Below, piece after piece: positions 19,188-27,416 of a stretch of 64,000 nt of DNA. Position numbers and translations under genes: made by a program. This stretch comes from Thermoleophilia bacterium (GTDB taxonomy: Bacteria > Actinomycetota > Thermoleophilia > Gaiellales > JAICJC01). Numbering within the stretch: position 1 is the stretch's first letter; every line of letters begins with the position of its first letter. The stretch is taken from assembly GCA_025934255.1 (NCBI GenBank), contig JAICYJ010000008.1, positions 12,209-76,208 of the forward strand. Direction: 5' to 3'. Below the pieces are notes generated by a model, which did no database searches, had not been told where the DNA came from, and saw only the letters and a program-made list of their open reading frames with translations.

Positions 19188-19429
19188 AGGAGGTCGAGCG
19201 GATCCAGGCCAAGTTCGGCGGGCCGCGGCGCTACCGCCGGCGAACGGCTGAGGAGGCGCGCGAGGGGATCCGCATCTACGCCCGCGAGCACCTGCGCCAG
19301 GGCGAGCGTCCCGACCAGCGCGCGTACATGGCGGCCTGCAAGCTCGATGCGCGGCTGGTGTGGCCGTCGAAGCTGAAGGGCGTCACGGGCAAGACCTTCA
19401 CTGAGCTGTGCGCCGACGAGGGCCTCTAA
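19177..19429 (+). pseudogene. 3' fragment of a helical-repeat (putative DNA-binding) protein coupled to the transposase
   Basis: PSPEEVERIQ...RTAEEAREGIRIY...RPDQRAY...PS...GKTF.ELC..EGL; stop overlaps transposase start (TAATG); no credible start. Confidence 0.5.
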
Positions 19430-21225
19430 TGACTCGCCGGATCGCCCGCCGAAAGCGATTGCCGCGGCAAGCGCCGTGGGCGCCTCCCGTCGAGCAGACG
19501 CTGCCGCAGGTACTGGCCGACGTTTACCGCGACGCAGGTTTCACCCGCGAGGTCGTCGCCAACCCAGCGCCGCTCGCCAAGCAGCCGTCGCGGTGGGATC
19601 CGCCCGAGCAGCTGCCCGGCACGGGCATGTTCTCCGCCTATGAGGAGCTTGACGGCCAGGTCACGGTCGTCAGGCTGCTGCGCTCAACACCCTGGTTGTA
19701 CCGACCGCTGCGGGACGCCGTCGCAGCGCTCGGAGACAAGCCCGGAAAGAGCGGGCCCAAGCGGATGGCCGGCTGCTGGGCGTGCGCCTACTTCGGCATG
19801 GTCGAGTCGGGCGAGGCGGACGTCAAGCCCTGGTTTGCCCAGACCACGCCGGAGTTCTGGCGCGCCTGCGGGATGGCCCGGATGCCGGCGTACAAGACCG
19901 CCCAGAAGCGCATCAAAGAGATGGAGCAGATCGCGCATGTGTTCGAGGAGGCGCTCGAGCGGCTGGTTCGGCATGTCCGAAAGCGCGAGCCACGGATCGG
20001 CCACGCGATTGGCGTCGACGCGACCATGAGCGAGTCAAACGCGCGCCTTCACCGCCTCGCCAACCCAAGCGGCCAGGTGCCAAGGCGACTCGGAAAGCTC
20101 CCGGTGATTGCGGCCAGACGCATGCCCACCGAGCTGGTGGATGACATCCGTCGGGCTGCTAACGCCGAGTCGCCCGACGCCGGCCCGCTTCAGGTCAGCG
20201 AGTACATCGACATCACCACCGAGCTCGAGCGCGGCACGCTTGGCCAACACCGGATCATCCGGCTCAAGAGCGGCGTCTACCTGAGCCTCGACCCCGACGC
20301 CGGCGTGCGCGCCTACATGCGCGGCACCAAGCTGCTCAAGTGGTGGCACGGCTACCTCCTGGTTCAGGCCGTCGATCACTTCAGCGGCCTGCCGCTAGCC
20401 GCGCACGGGTTCGCCGCCGACCAAAACGAGCACCAGCACTTTCCCATGGTGGTGGAGAAGGCCGCCGCCACGCTGGGCCACACGCCCTTCTTCGTCACCA
20501 CCGACAAGGCCTACTCCATCTGGGCGTGCTTCGAATGGAGCGTCGAGCGCGGCATCACGCTCGTCGCGCCCTACCGGCCCGTGAACACCCGCGCACCCGA
20601 GAAGGCGCAGCCCACCGTCGACTTCGACGAGCACGGCATCCCCTTCTGCCGCCACTGCCGCGGCGGCACCGACCAGGTCGGCTTCCACGTCTATCCCGCC
20701 GAGGGCCGCAACGGAAAGCCGCGGCCGGTTCTGCGGGTGCGCTGCGCCGCACCCGACTCCGACGAATGCCTGGGCGTGCAGGAGTGGAACTGCCGGCGCG
20801 ATCCCACGCGGCTTCTGCCCGTGTGGCGGACGCACGCCGCTTACTCCGAGGCCCGCACGCTACACATGTCATATGAGCGCGCCCACAACGAGGCCCGCTC
20901 GCGCGCGAACGCAAAGCCTCGCCACTCTGAGACCCGCACCAAGCGCGTCAGTCTCACCCTGGCGATCATGCGCATGAACGTGTACGCGATCATCGCCTGG
21001 CTCAAGGCAGGTGTCATCAACGGCTGGCTAGGTACGCCCGCGCTCAACCCCGAGCTCGAGCGCGACGCCGAGCGCCAACACCGCCTCAACCGCAAATCAA
21101 AGCACGAGTTCATCAACCGCATGACCGTGCTCAGGCGGCTGCGGCTCGGCTACGTCGGCGGCGGCCGCATCCCGCACCGCACACGCGGCGCTCCAACCCG
21201 GCGCGCCACGCCCACCAAGCTCTAG
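19429..21225 (+). CDS. DDE transposase (IS4-superfamily-like, 598 aa) with Cys-rich insertion
   Basis: IGVDAT (D), WWHGY, TTDKAYS (D), SYERAH (E); CRHC..C..C insertion. Confidence 0.75.
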   Translation: MTRRIARRKRLPRQAPWAPPVEQTLPQVLADVYRDAGFTREVVANPAPLAKQPSRWDPPEQLPGTGMFSAYEELDGQVTVVRLLRSTPWLYRPLRDAVAALGDKPGKSGPKRMAGCWACAYFGMVESGEADVKPWFAQTTPEFWRACGMARMPAYKTAQKRIKEMEQIAHVFEEALERLVRHVRKREPRIGHAIGVDATMSESNARLHRLANPSGQVPRRLGKLPVIAARRMPTELVDDIRRAANAESPDAGPLQVSEYIDITTELERGTLGQHRIIRLKSGVYLSLDPDAGVRAYMRGTKLLKWWHGYLLVQAVDHFSGLPLAAHGFAADQNEHQHFPMVVEKAAATLGHTPFFVTTDKAYSIWACFEWSVERGITLVAPYRPVNTRAPEKAQPTVDFDEHGIPFCRHCRGGTDQVGFHVYPAEGRNGKPRPVLRVRCAAPDSDECLGVQEWNCRRDPTRLLPVWRTHAAYSEARTLHMSYERAHNEARSRANAKPRHSETRTKRVSLTLAIMRMNVYAIIAWLKAGVINGWLGTPALNPELERDAERQHRLNRKSKHEFINRMTVLRRLRLGYVGGGRIPHRTRGAPTRRATPTKL

Positions 21226-21232
21226 CTCGGAA

Positions 21233-21259
21233 CTGACGCCGCCCACAAGGCGGCGTCAG
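21233..21259. terminator. Perfect 11-bp hairpin after transposase
   Basis: ctgacgccgcc-cacaa-ggcggcgtcag. Confidence 0.6.
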
Positions 21260-21356
21260 CATGGTCCAAACCGGCCTCACGCGTACCGTAAGCGCGCCCT
21301 CGAGGCCTCAACGGCTTGTACTCCCTCGCCTGCGAGCCCTCTTCGCCCTCGAAACG

Positions 21357-21386
21357 CCAGTTCAGGAGCTTGCGCGCCCGAACCGG
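21357..21386 (-). terminator. Hairpin with GCAA tetraloop downstream of tRNA
   Basis: Minus strand ccggttcgggcgc-gcaa-gctcctgaactgg; G-U pairs work on the minus strand only. Confidence 0.5.
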
Positions 21387-21411
21387 GGACCAGTAAGGAG
21401 AACGATCAAGG

Positions 21412-21485
21412 TAGCGGAGGAGGGACTCGAACCCCCGACACGCGGATTATGATTCCGCTGCTCTAACCAGCTGAGCTACTCCGCC
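21412..21485 (-). tRNA. tRNA-Met(CAT), elongator type; CCA not encoded
   Basis: GGCGGAGTAGCTCAGCTGGTTAGAGCA-GCGGA-ATCATAA-TCCGC-GTGTC-GGGGGTTCGAGTCCC-TCCTCCGCTA cloverleaf; -10 TAGAAT overlaps upstream stop codon. Confidence 0.95.
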
Positions 21486-21497
21486 AGGAGGCGGATT

Positions 21498-22538
21498 CTA
21501 ACCCAGCCAGTTGTGCAGGATCCGCACGCAGCCGTCGATTGCGTCGAGGTGTGCGATCTCGAAGCCGTGGGTGTTCTCGGTGGCGGCGGCCAGGCAGGCG
21601 CTGCGCGGCACGCGCCCGCTGTCGAGGCTGGACGAGGCGTCGGATCCGTAGCGCGTGACAGCCGCGTGGCGCACGCTCACGCCCGCGGCGGCGGCCGCAT
21701 CGGCCAGCTCCCACGAGAGTCCCTCGTCGAGCGGCGCGTAGGAGTCGGCGCGGATGATGACGGGGTCGGGGCCGGGCTCGATCGCATACTCCTTGGCCAC
21801 GGGCACCACTTCCAGCGCCACGATCGCCACGGCGTCGGTGCTGCGTGCGTAGTACTGCGAGCCCTGGCAGCCGACCTCCTCGCGGCTCGTGAACACCAGG
21901 TCGAGCGGGCGGTTGGGGGCATCCAGCCGGCCGGCCAACTCGAGCAGCATCGCGACGGCGACCTTGTCGTCGAGCGCGTGGCAGGCCACGTACTCGCCGT
22001 CGTCGCCCAGCCGCACCGGCCGCTTACGCCAGCGCGCCGGCACGATGCGCGAGCCGACGGTGACACCGGCCGCCTCCAACGCCTCGGCGCTGAGCTTGGT
22101 CTCGATCCAGGCGTCCTTCCACTTCACCGGCTGGTCGTCGAGCTGCTTTCGCTGCGGCGACTCGTCGGACACGTGCCGCGCGCCGAACGAGAGCACGCCC
22201 AGCACCGTGTCGTGCCGGCCCAGCACCTCCACCGGCCCCTCGCCCCAGATCCAGGGATGCGCGTCGCCGAGCGTCTGGGCGATCAGCCGGCCGCCCTCCT
22301 CGACGCGCTTGACCAGCCCGCCGATCTCGTCCTTGTGCGCGAGCAGCGCCACCTTGCCCTCGCCGCCGCCGTCGGGGCCGGCCAGCGACAGGATGATGTT
22401 CCCGGCGCCGTCCACCTGCGGCGTGCCGTACGGGGCCAGCGCCTCCATCAGGTGGGCATCGATCTCGTCCTCGACGCCGCTCGGCGAGTGCAGCTCGAGC
22501 AAGGCGCGCACGGATTCGAACAGCTGGTCGCGGGACAT
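21498..22538 (-). CDS. M42 family metallopeptidase
   Basis: SPSGVE, AHKDEIG, ALDDK, REEVG, GSDA, THGFE. Confidence 0.9.
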   Translation of the reverse strand: MSRDQLFESVRALLELHSPSGVEDEIDAHLMEALAPYGTPQVDGAGNIILSLAGPDGGGEGKVALLAHKDEIGGLVKRVEEGGRLIAQTLGDAHPWIWGEGPVEVLGRHDTVLGVLSFGARHVSDESPQRKQLDDQPVKWKDAWIETKLSAEALEAAGVTVGSRIVPARWRKRPVRLGDDGEYVACHALDDKVAVAMLLELAGRLDAPNRPLDLVFTSREEVGCQGSQYYARSTDAVAIVALEVVPVAKEYAIEPGPDPVIIRADSYAPLDEGLSWELADAAAAAGVSVRHAAVTRYGSDASSSLDSGRVPRSACLAAATENTHGFEIAHLDAIDGCVRILHNWLG

Positions 22539-22562
22539 CCGGACGGCAGCCTAGCGGGGCCC

Positions 22563-22707
22563 GTGCAACACCCGCGCCTGGCACCGGTGTTGCACGAAAT
22601 TCGTAGCTCTGAGCGCGTTGCGCTACGAAATTCGTAGTTCGGGGCCCCCTTTTCTACGAAATTCGTAGAAAAGGGTGCAACAGAGGTGCCAGACGCCGGC
22701 GTTGCAC
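22563..22707. repeat. Mosaic palindromic element (BIME/REPIN-like)
   Basis: Two inverted 33-bp gtgcaac-N19-gttgcac units flanking three (ct)acgaa-a-ttcgtag palindromes centred at 22599, 22630 and 22661. Confidence 0.85.
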
Positions 22708-22815
22708 GCCGGCGATAGGAGGGGTAGCCCCCACTCCCAGACGGTGGGGAACACACCCTCAAGTCGGGGGGTTCCCCCGCTGCGATCGCGGCGGCCGGCG
22801 GGGAGACTGCACGGC

Positions 22816-23067
22816 ATGTCCACCAACGCCCAGGAGCACGCCATGATCACCCCCACCGACATCTTCAGCCCGCTGCGCGAGCTCGCCCACCGATCCGCCG
22901 ACGGCATCGACGTCACCCTGTTGTGGAACCCGGCCGATGACCGCGCCTTCGTGGTCGTCGTCGACCTCAAGGCCGGCACCATGTTCGAGGTCGGCGTCGA
23001 TGACGCCAACCCGATGCACGTCTTCAACCACCCCTACGCGTACGCCCGCGAGGAGCTCGCCGCTTAG
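22816..23067 (+). CDS. Small hypothetical protein
   Basis: RELAHRSADGIDVTLLW...FNHPYAY; alternative start 22843 after aggag. Confidence 0.7.
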   Translation: MSTNAQEHAMITPTDIFSPLRELAHRSADGIDVTLLWNPADDRAFVVVVDLKAGTMFEVGVDDANPMHVFNHPYAYAREELAA

Positions 23068-23360
23068 GCAGTTCGCAACGCCGGCGTCGCCAGCCTGGCT
23101 AGCGCCGCCTTTACGGCCCGCACCCCGCCCGCATCCAGCGAGTAACAGATCTGCGTGCCGCGCCGGCGTGTCGTCACCAGCCCGGCCTCGCGCAGCACCC
23201 GCAGGTGCTGGCTGATCGTCGGCTGGCTGACGCCGAACACCTCGGCGAAGTCGCACGCGCACGTCTCCGGCTCGGCCGCCAGCCGCAGCGCGATGCCCAG
23301 CCGCACCGGGTGGCCCAGCGCCTTCAGGCGCATCGCGCTCTGCAGATGGTCGCGATCCAT
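23064..23360 (-). CDS. ArsR/SmtB family regulator
   Basis: KALGHPVRL, ETCACDF, SQPTISQHLRVLREAGLV. Confidence 0.93.
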   Translation of the reverse strand: MDRDHLQSAMRLKALGHPVRLGIALRLAAEPETCACDFAEVFGVSQPTISQHLRVLREAGLVTTRRRGTQICYSLDAGGVRAVKAALARLATPALRTA

Positions 23361-23380
23361 GTTGGCAGTGTACCCGAATC

Positions 23381-23414
23381 CATAGTAATGTGCCTATATA
23401 GCCATCACACGATG
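23381..23414. promoter_or_regulatory. Probable tandem ArsR operators in divergent promoter
   Basis: catag-N8-ctata (23381-23398) and tatag-N8-cgatg (23397-23414). Confidence 0.5.
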
Positions 23415-23428
23415 GAAGGTAGGCCACG

Positions 23429-24109
23429 ATGGGCACTCTCACACTCGACCGCGACGAGATCGTCCGGCTCGCCGCACTTGCCACCGGCGACGAGAAGCAC
23501 GAGGCATCGAGCTACTCCACGCTGGACGCGCTGCTGGTGCTGTACGGCCACATCCTCCGGGTCGACCCGGAGGACCCCGCCTGGGAGCAGCGCGACCGCT
23601 TCATCCTCAGCAAGGGCCACGGTCCCGCCGCCTACTACGCCGTGCTCTGCTGGCGCGGATTTTTCCCCGAGCACTGGCTTCCCACCTTCACCCGGCAGGG
23701 CAGCCGCCTGGGCAGCCACCCCGACCGCCTGCTGGTGCCGGGCGTCGAGGCTTCCACCGGCTCCCTCGGCCACGGCCTGCCGCTGGCCGTCGGCGTCGCC
23801 CTCGCCCTGCGCGCCAAAGGCGCCGATCAGAGAGTCGTTGTCCTGACCGGCGACGCCGAGCTGAACGAGGGCTCGAACTGGGAGGCGATCATGCTGGCGC
23901 CCCAGCTCCAGCTCGGGAACCTCACCTTGCTCGTGATCGACAACGGCTCCAGCACCATCGACCTGGTTCCCATCCACGAGCGCCTGGCCGTCTTCGGCTG
24001 GCACGCCGAGCAGGTCGACGGCCGCGACCACGCCGCCCTCGAGGCCGCGCTCAGCGCCCGTCACGACCAGCCGGCCGCCGTCGTTGCGACCGTGAGGACG
24101 ACGCCATGA
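23429..24109 (+). CDS. Transketolase-like ThDP enzyme, N-terminal subunit
   Basis: RDRFILSKGH, LGSHP, TGSLGHG, GDAELNEG. Confidence 0.88.
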   Translation: MGTLTLDRDEIVRLAALATGDEKHEASSYSTLDALLVLYGHILRVDPEDPAWEQRDRFILSKGHGPAAYYAVLCWRGFFPEHWLPTFTRQGSRLGSHPDRLLVPGVEASTGSLGHGLPLAVGVALALRAKGADQRVVVLTGDAELNEGSNWEAIMLAPQLQLGNLTLLVIDNGSSTIDLVPIHERLAVFGWHAEQVDGRDHAALEAALSARHDQPAAVVATVRTTP

Positions 24110-24993
24110 TCGCCATGCGCGGGCAGGCGATCGACACCGTGGCCGAGCTGTTTGAGGACGACCCGCGCGTGGCGGTCGTGCTCGCCGAGATCAGCGTCGA
24201 CCGCTTCAACCCGGTCTTCGCGCACGACCCCGCCCGCGCCGTGAACGTCGGCATCATGGAGCAGACCATGGTCGGCGTCGCCGCCGGCTACGCCCTCGAG
24301 GGCTTCCACCCCGTCATCCACACGATCACCCCCTTCGTCGCCGAGCGCGCCCTCGAGCAGCTCAAGCTCGACTTCGGCCACCAGCAGCTGGGCGTGCTGG
24401 TGATCACCGTCGGCGGTTCCTACGACTACGGCTCCGAGGGGCCCACCCACCACTCCCCCGGCGACGTCCAGGCGCTGTTCACGATCCCGGCAACAGAGAT
24501 CCTGGTGCCCGGTGCCGCGGCCGAGGCCGACCGCCTGGTGCGGGCCACCTACGCCAACGGCCACCTCACCTATCTCCGCACCCAGCTGGTCACCAACCGC
24601 GAGCCGCGCGACGTGGAGTTCGGCCGGCTGCTGGTCGAGCGGCGCGGCACGCGCGCCACCGTGGTCGCCGTCGGCCCCATGCTCGACCGCACCCTCGACG
24701 CCACGGCCGGCATGGACGTGACGGTGCTCTACGCCACCACCGTCAGCCCCTTTGACGCCGAGACTCTGAACCGCGAGCTGGCAGGCGACGACGTGATCGT
24801 CGTCGAGCCCTTCTACGCCGGCACGCTGGCGGGCGTCCTCAGCGAAGCGCTCGGCGACCGTCCCGTCCGCCTGCACGCCGTCGGCGTGCCGCGGGCCATG
24901 ATCCGCGACTACGGCACCCCGGAGCAGCTCGACCACGTGCTGGGCCTGGACGGTGCCGGCATCCGCCGGCAGATCGCGTCTGCGATCGGCTGA
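24106..24993 (+). CDS. Transketolase-like enzyme, pyrimidine-binding/C-terminal subunit
   Basis: NVGIMEQ, GPTHH; ATGA overlap. Confidence 0.88.
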   Translation: MIAMRGQAIDTVAELFEDDPRVAVVLAEISVDRFNPVFAHDPARAVNVGIMEQTMVGVAAGYALEGFHPVIHTITPFVAERALEQLKLDFGHQQLGVLVITVGGSYDYGSEGPTHHSPGDVQALFTIPATEILVPGAAAEADRLVRATYANGHLTYLRTQLVTNREPRDVEFGRLLVERRGTRATVVAVGPMLDRTLDATAGMDVTVLYATTVSPFDAETLNRELAGDDVIVVEPFYAGTLAGVLSEALGDRPVRLHAVGVPRAMIRDYGTPEQLDHVLGLDGAGIRRQIASAIG

Positions 24994-25013
24994 TTCAGGG
25001 AATATCCCGGGGT

Positions 25014-25592
25014 ATGCCCAACCTGCTCATGATCATCGCCAGCACCCGCCCCGGCCGCGCGGGCCTGCCCGTCGCCCGCTGGTTCGAGCCGATCGCCCGC
25101 GCGCACGGCGCCTTTGACGTGAGCGCGGCCGACCTGGCCGAATGGAACCTGCCGTTCCTGGACGAGCCCAAACACCCCAAGCTGCGGGAGTACACGCAGG
25201 AGCACACCAGGCGCTGGAGCGCCGAGGTGGACGCCGCCGACGCCTTCGTGTTCGTGATGCCCGAGTACAACCACGGGTTCAACGCCCCGCTCAAGAACGC
25301 GATCGACTACCTCCACCAGGAGTGGCAGCACAAGCCGGCCGGGTTCGTGTCCTACGGCGGCGTGGCGGCGGGCATGCGCGCCGTGCAGCAGCTGAAGCAG
25401 GTGCTGATCTCGCTGAACATGATGCCGGTGAACGATGCCGTCGCGATCCAGTTCATCGCCAAGCAGATCGAGGACGGCGAGTTGGTGGTCGGCGAGATCC
25501 TCGAGCAGGCCGCCGACGCCATGCTGAGCGAGCTGGCCCGCGTGGCCGAAGCCGCGCGCTCCCTGCGCGAGGCGGCACAGCCCGCGTCCTGA
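25014..25592 (+). CDS. NADPH-dependent FMN reductase
   Basis: STRPGR, PEYNHG..LKNAID, KPAGFVSYGG. Confidence 0.92.
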   Translation: MPNLLMIIASTRPGRAGLPVARWFEPIARAHGAFDVSAADLAEWNLPFLDEPKHPKLREYTQEHTRRWSAEVDAADAFVFVMPEYNHGFNAPLKNAIDYLHQEWQHKPAGFVSYGGVAAGMRAVQQLKQVLISLNMMPVNDAVAIQFIAKQIEDGELVVGEILEQAADAMLSELARVAEAARSLREAAQPAS

Positions 25593-25613
25593 AGCCGATC
25601 TAGGATCACCGCC

Positions 25614-27416
25614 GTGCCCCGTGTCGAGGACTACGCCATGATCGGCGACCTGCAGACTGCCGCCCTGATCGGCCGTGACGGTTCGATCGACTGGTGCTGC
25701 TTCCCGCGCTTCGACTCCGGCGCCTGCTTCGCACGCCTGCTCGGCGATGCCGGCCACGGGCGCTGGCTGCTGGCTCCGGCCAGCGGCATCACACACGCGA
25801 CCCGCCGCTACCGAAGCGACACGCTGATCCTGGAGTCGATCTACGACTGCGCCGAGGGTCGCGTGCGCGCCATCGACTTCATGCCGCCACGCGGCGACAC
25901 GCCCGACATCGTCCGCATCGTCGAGAGCCTCGACGGCGAGGTACCGATGCGCTCCGAGCTGGTGATCCGCTTCGACTACGGCAGCATCGTGCCCTGGGTG
26001 CGGCGGGTCGACCATGCCCGCGTCGCCGTGGCCGGGCCGGACGCGCTGTGCCTGCGCACCAAGATGCCGGTGCGCGGTGAGAACATGACCACCGTCTCCG
26101 AGTTCGTGCTCAAGCCCGGCCGGCGAGTCCCATTCGTGCTGACCTGGTTTCCGTCGCACCAGCCGCTGCCCGATCCGATCGACGCCGAGGCGGCGCTCAA
26201 CGACAGCGAGGCGTTCTGGCTGGAGTGGGCCGCCGACTGCACCCACACGGGCGACTACCACGACGAGATCCACAGCTCGCTGCTGGTGCTGAAGGCGCTC
26301 ACCTACCACCCCACCGGCGGGATCGTGGCCGCACCCACCACGTCCCTGCCCGAGCGGATCGGCGGCCAGCGCAACTGGGACTACCGCTTCTGCTGGCTGC
26401 GCGACGCCACGCTGACGCTGCGCGCGATGCTGGCCGGCGGCTACCTCGAAGAGGCGCTCGAATGGCGCGGCTGGCTGCTGCGCGCGATCGCGGGCGATCC
26501 GGCCGACCTCCAGATCATGTACGGCCTCGCTGGGGAGCGGCGGCTGGACGAGCGCGAGCTCGACTGGCTGCCCGGCTTCGACGGCTCGCTGCCGGTGCGG
26601 GTCGGCAACGCCGCATCCACCCAGCTGCAGCTGGACGTGTACGGCGAGCTGATGGACTCCGCCTACCAGACGCGCGTTCACGGCGTGCCGGGCGATCCGG
26701 CCGGGTGGTCGTTGCTGAAGATGCTGCTGCGCTGGCTGGAGGACGGCTGGCGCAAGGAGGACGCCGGCATCTGGGAGGTGCGCGGCCCCAACCGCCACTT
26801 CACCTACTCCAAGGTGATGTCGTGGGTGGCCTTCGACCGGGCGGTGCGGTTCCACGAGGAGTTCGGTCGCGACGGCCCGGTCGAGCGCTGGCGCAGGCTC
26901 CGGGACGAGATCCACGCGCAGGTGATGAACGAGTCCTGGTGCGAGAGCAAGCAGGCGTTCGCCCAGTCCTACGGCTCCGAGCGGCTGGACGCCGGCGCGC
27001 TGCTGATGCCGGCGGTGGGCTTCCTGCCGGCCGCCCACCCGCGGATGGTCTCGACGGTCGCCGCGATCCAGCGCGAGCTGGTGCACGACGGCCTTGTGCG
27101 CCGCTACCTGCCCGACGAGGACGGCGATGTGGACGGTGTCGGCGGTGACGAGGGCGTGTTTCTGGCCTGCTCGTTCTGGCTGGCCGACGTGCTGGCCGGG
27201 CAGGGCCGCGTCACCGAGGCCCGCGAGCTGTTCGAGCGGCTGCTGGACCTGCGAAACGACGTCGGCCTGCTGTCCGAGGAGTACGACCCGGTCGCCGGCC
27301 GGCAGCTCGGCAACATGCCGCAGGCGTTCACCCACCTGGCGCTGGTCGGCACGGCCATGCTGCTCGGGCAGGGCCACCAGCTGCGGGGCGGCCACCCCGG
27401 CGCGGTGGCGGGCTAG
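25614..27416 (+). CDS. Glycoside hydrolase family 15 (trehalase/glucoamylase-like)
   Basis: TSLPE, WDYRFCWLRD, QLDVYG, GIWEVR, LLSEE, GNMPQAFTH. Confidence 0.93.
   Translation: MPRVEDYAMIGDLQTAALIGRDGSIDWCCFPRFDSGACFARLLGDAGHGRWLLAPASGITHATRRYRSDTLILESIYDCAEGRVRAIDFMPPRGDTPDIVRIVESLDGEVPMRSELVIRFDYGSIVPWVRRVDHARVAVAGPDALCLRTKMPVRGENMTTVSEFVLKPGRRVPFVLTWFPSHQPLPDPIDAEAALNDSEAFWLEWAADCTHTGDYHDEIHSSLLVLKALTYHPTGGIVAAPTTSLPERIGGQRNWDYRFCWLRDATLTLRAMLAGGYLEEALEWRGWLLRAIAGDPADLQIMYGLAGERRLDERELDWLPGFDGSLPVRVGNAASTQLQLDVYGELMDSAYQTRVHGVPGDPAGWSLLKMLLRWLEDGWRKEDAGIWEVRGPNRHFTYSKVMSWVAFDRAVRFHEEFGRDGPVERWRRLRDEIHAQVMNESWCESKQAFAQSYGSERLDAGALLMPAVGFLPAAHPRMVSTVAAIQRELVHDGLVRRYLPDEDGDVDGVGGDEGVFLACSFWLADVLAGQGRVTEARELFERLLDLRNDVGLLSEEYDPVAGRQLGNMPQAFTHLALVGTAMLLGQGHQLRGGHPGAVAG

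Larger units (their letters stand above)
14808..21411. mobile_element. Degenerate genomic island at the 3' end of tRNA-Met
   Basis: Transposase, gene fragments, long non-coding gaps, more AT-rich codons, abuts tRNA; left boundary uncertain; no integrase or att duplication seen. Confidence 0.55.

Noticed and set aside
14808-21411. attL/attR duplication of the tRNA 3' end
   Set aside because: No second copy of gtagcggaggagggactcgaacc was found by eye, and no integrase is present
18300-21412. 10-bp inverted repeat accttgatcg / cgatcaaggt as transposon ends
   Set aside because: Short, not extendable, with no flanking target duplication; could be chance
21412-21485. Initiator tRNA-fMet or tRNA-Ile2
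   Set aside because: No C1:A72 mismatch or three G-C anticodon-stem pairs; sequence resembles elongator Met. Ile2 is not formally excluded without a classifier
22594-22668. Mini CRISPR array
   Set aside because: Repeats (15 bp) and spacers (16 bp) are too short, there are only three units, and no cas genes are present
22563-22707. Integron attC site
   Set aside because: Ends gtgcaac/gttgcac deviate from RYYYAAC/GTTRRRY; it lies between divergent genes; no integron integrase or cassette array
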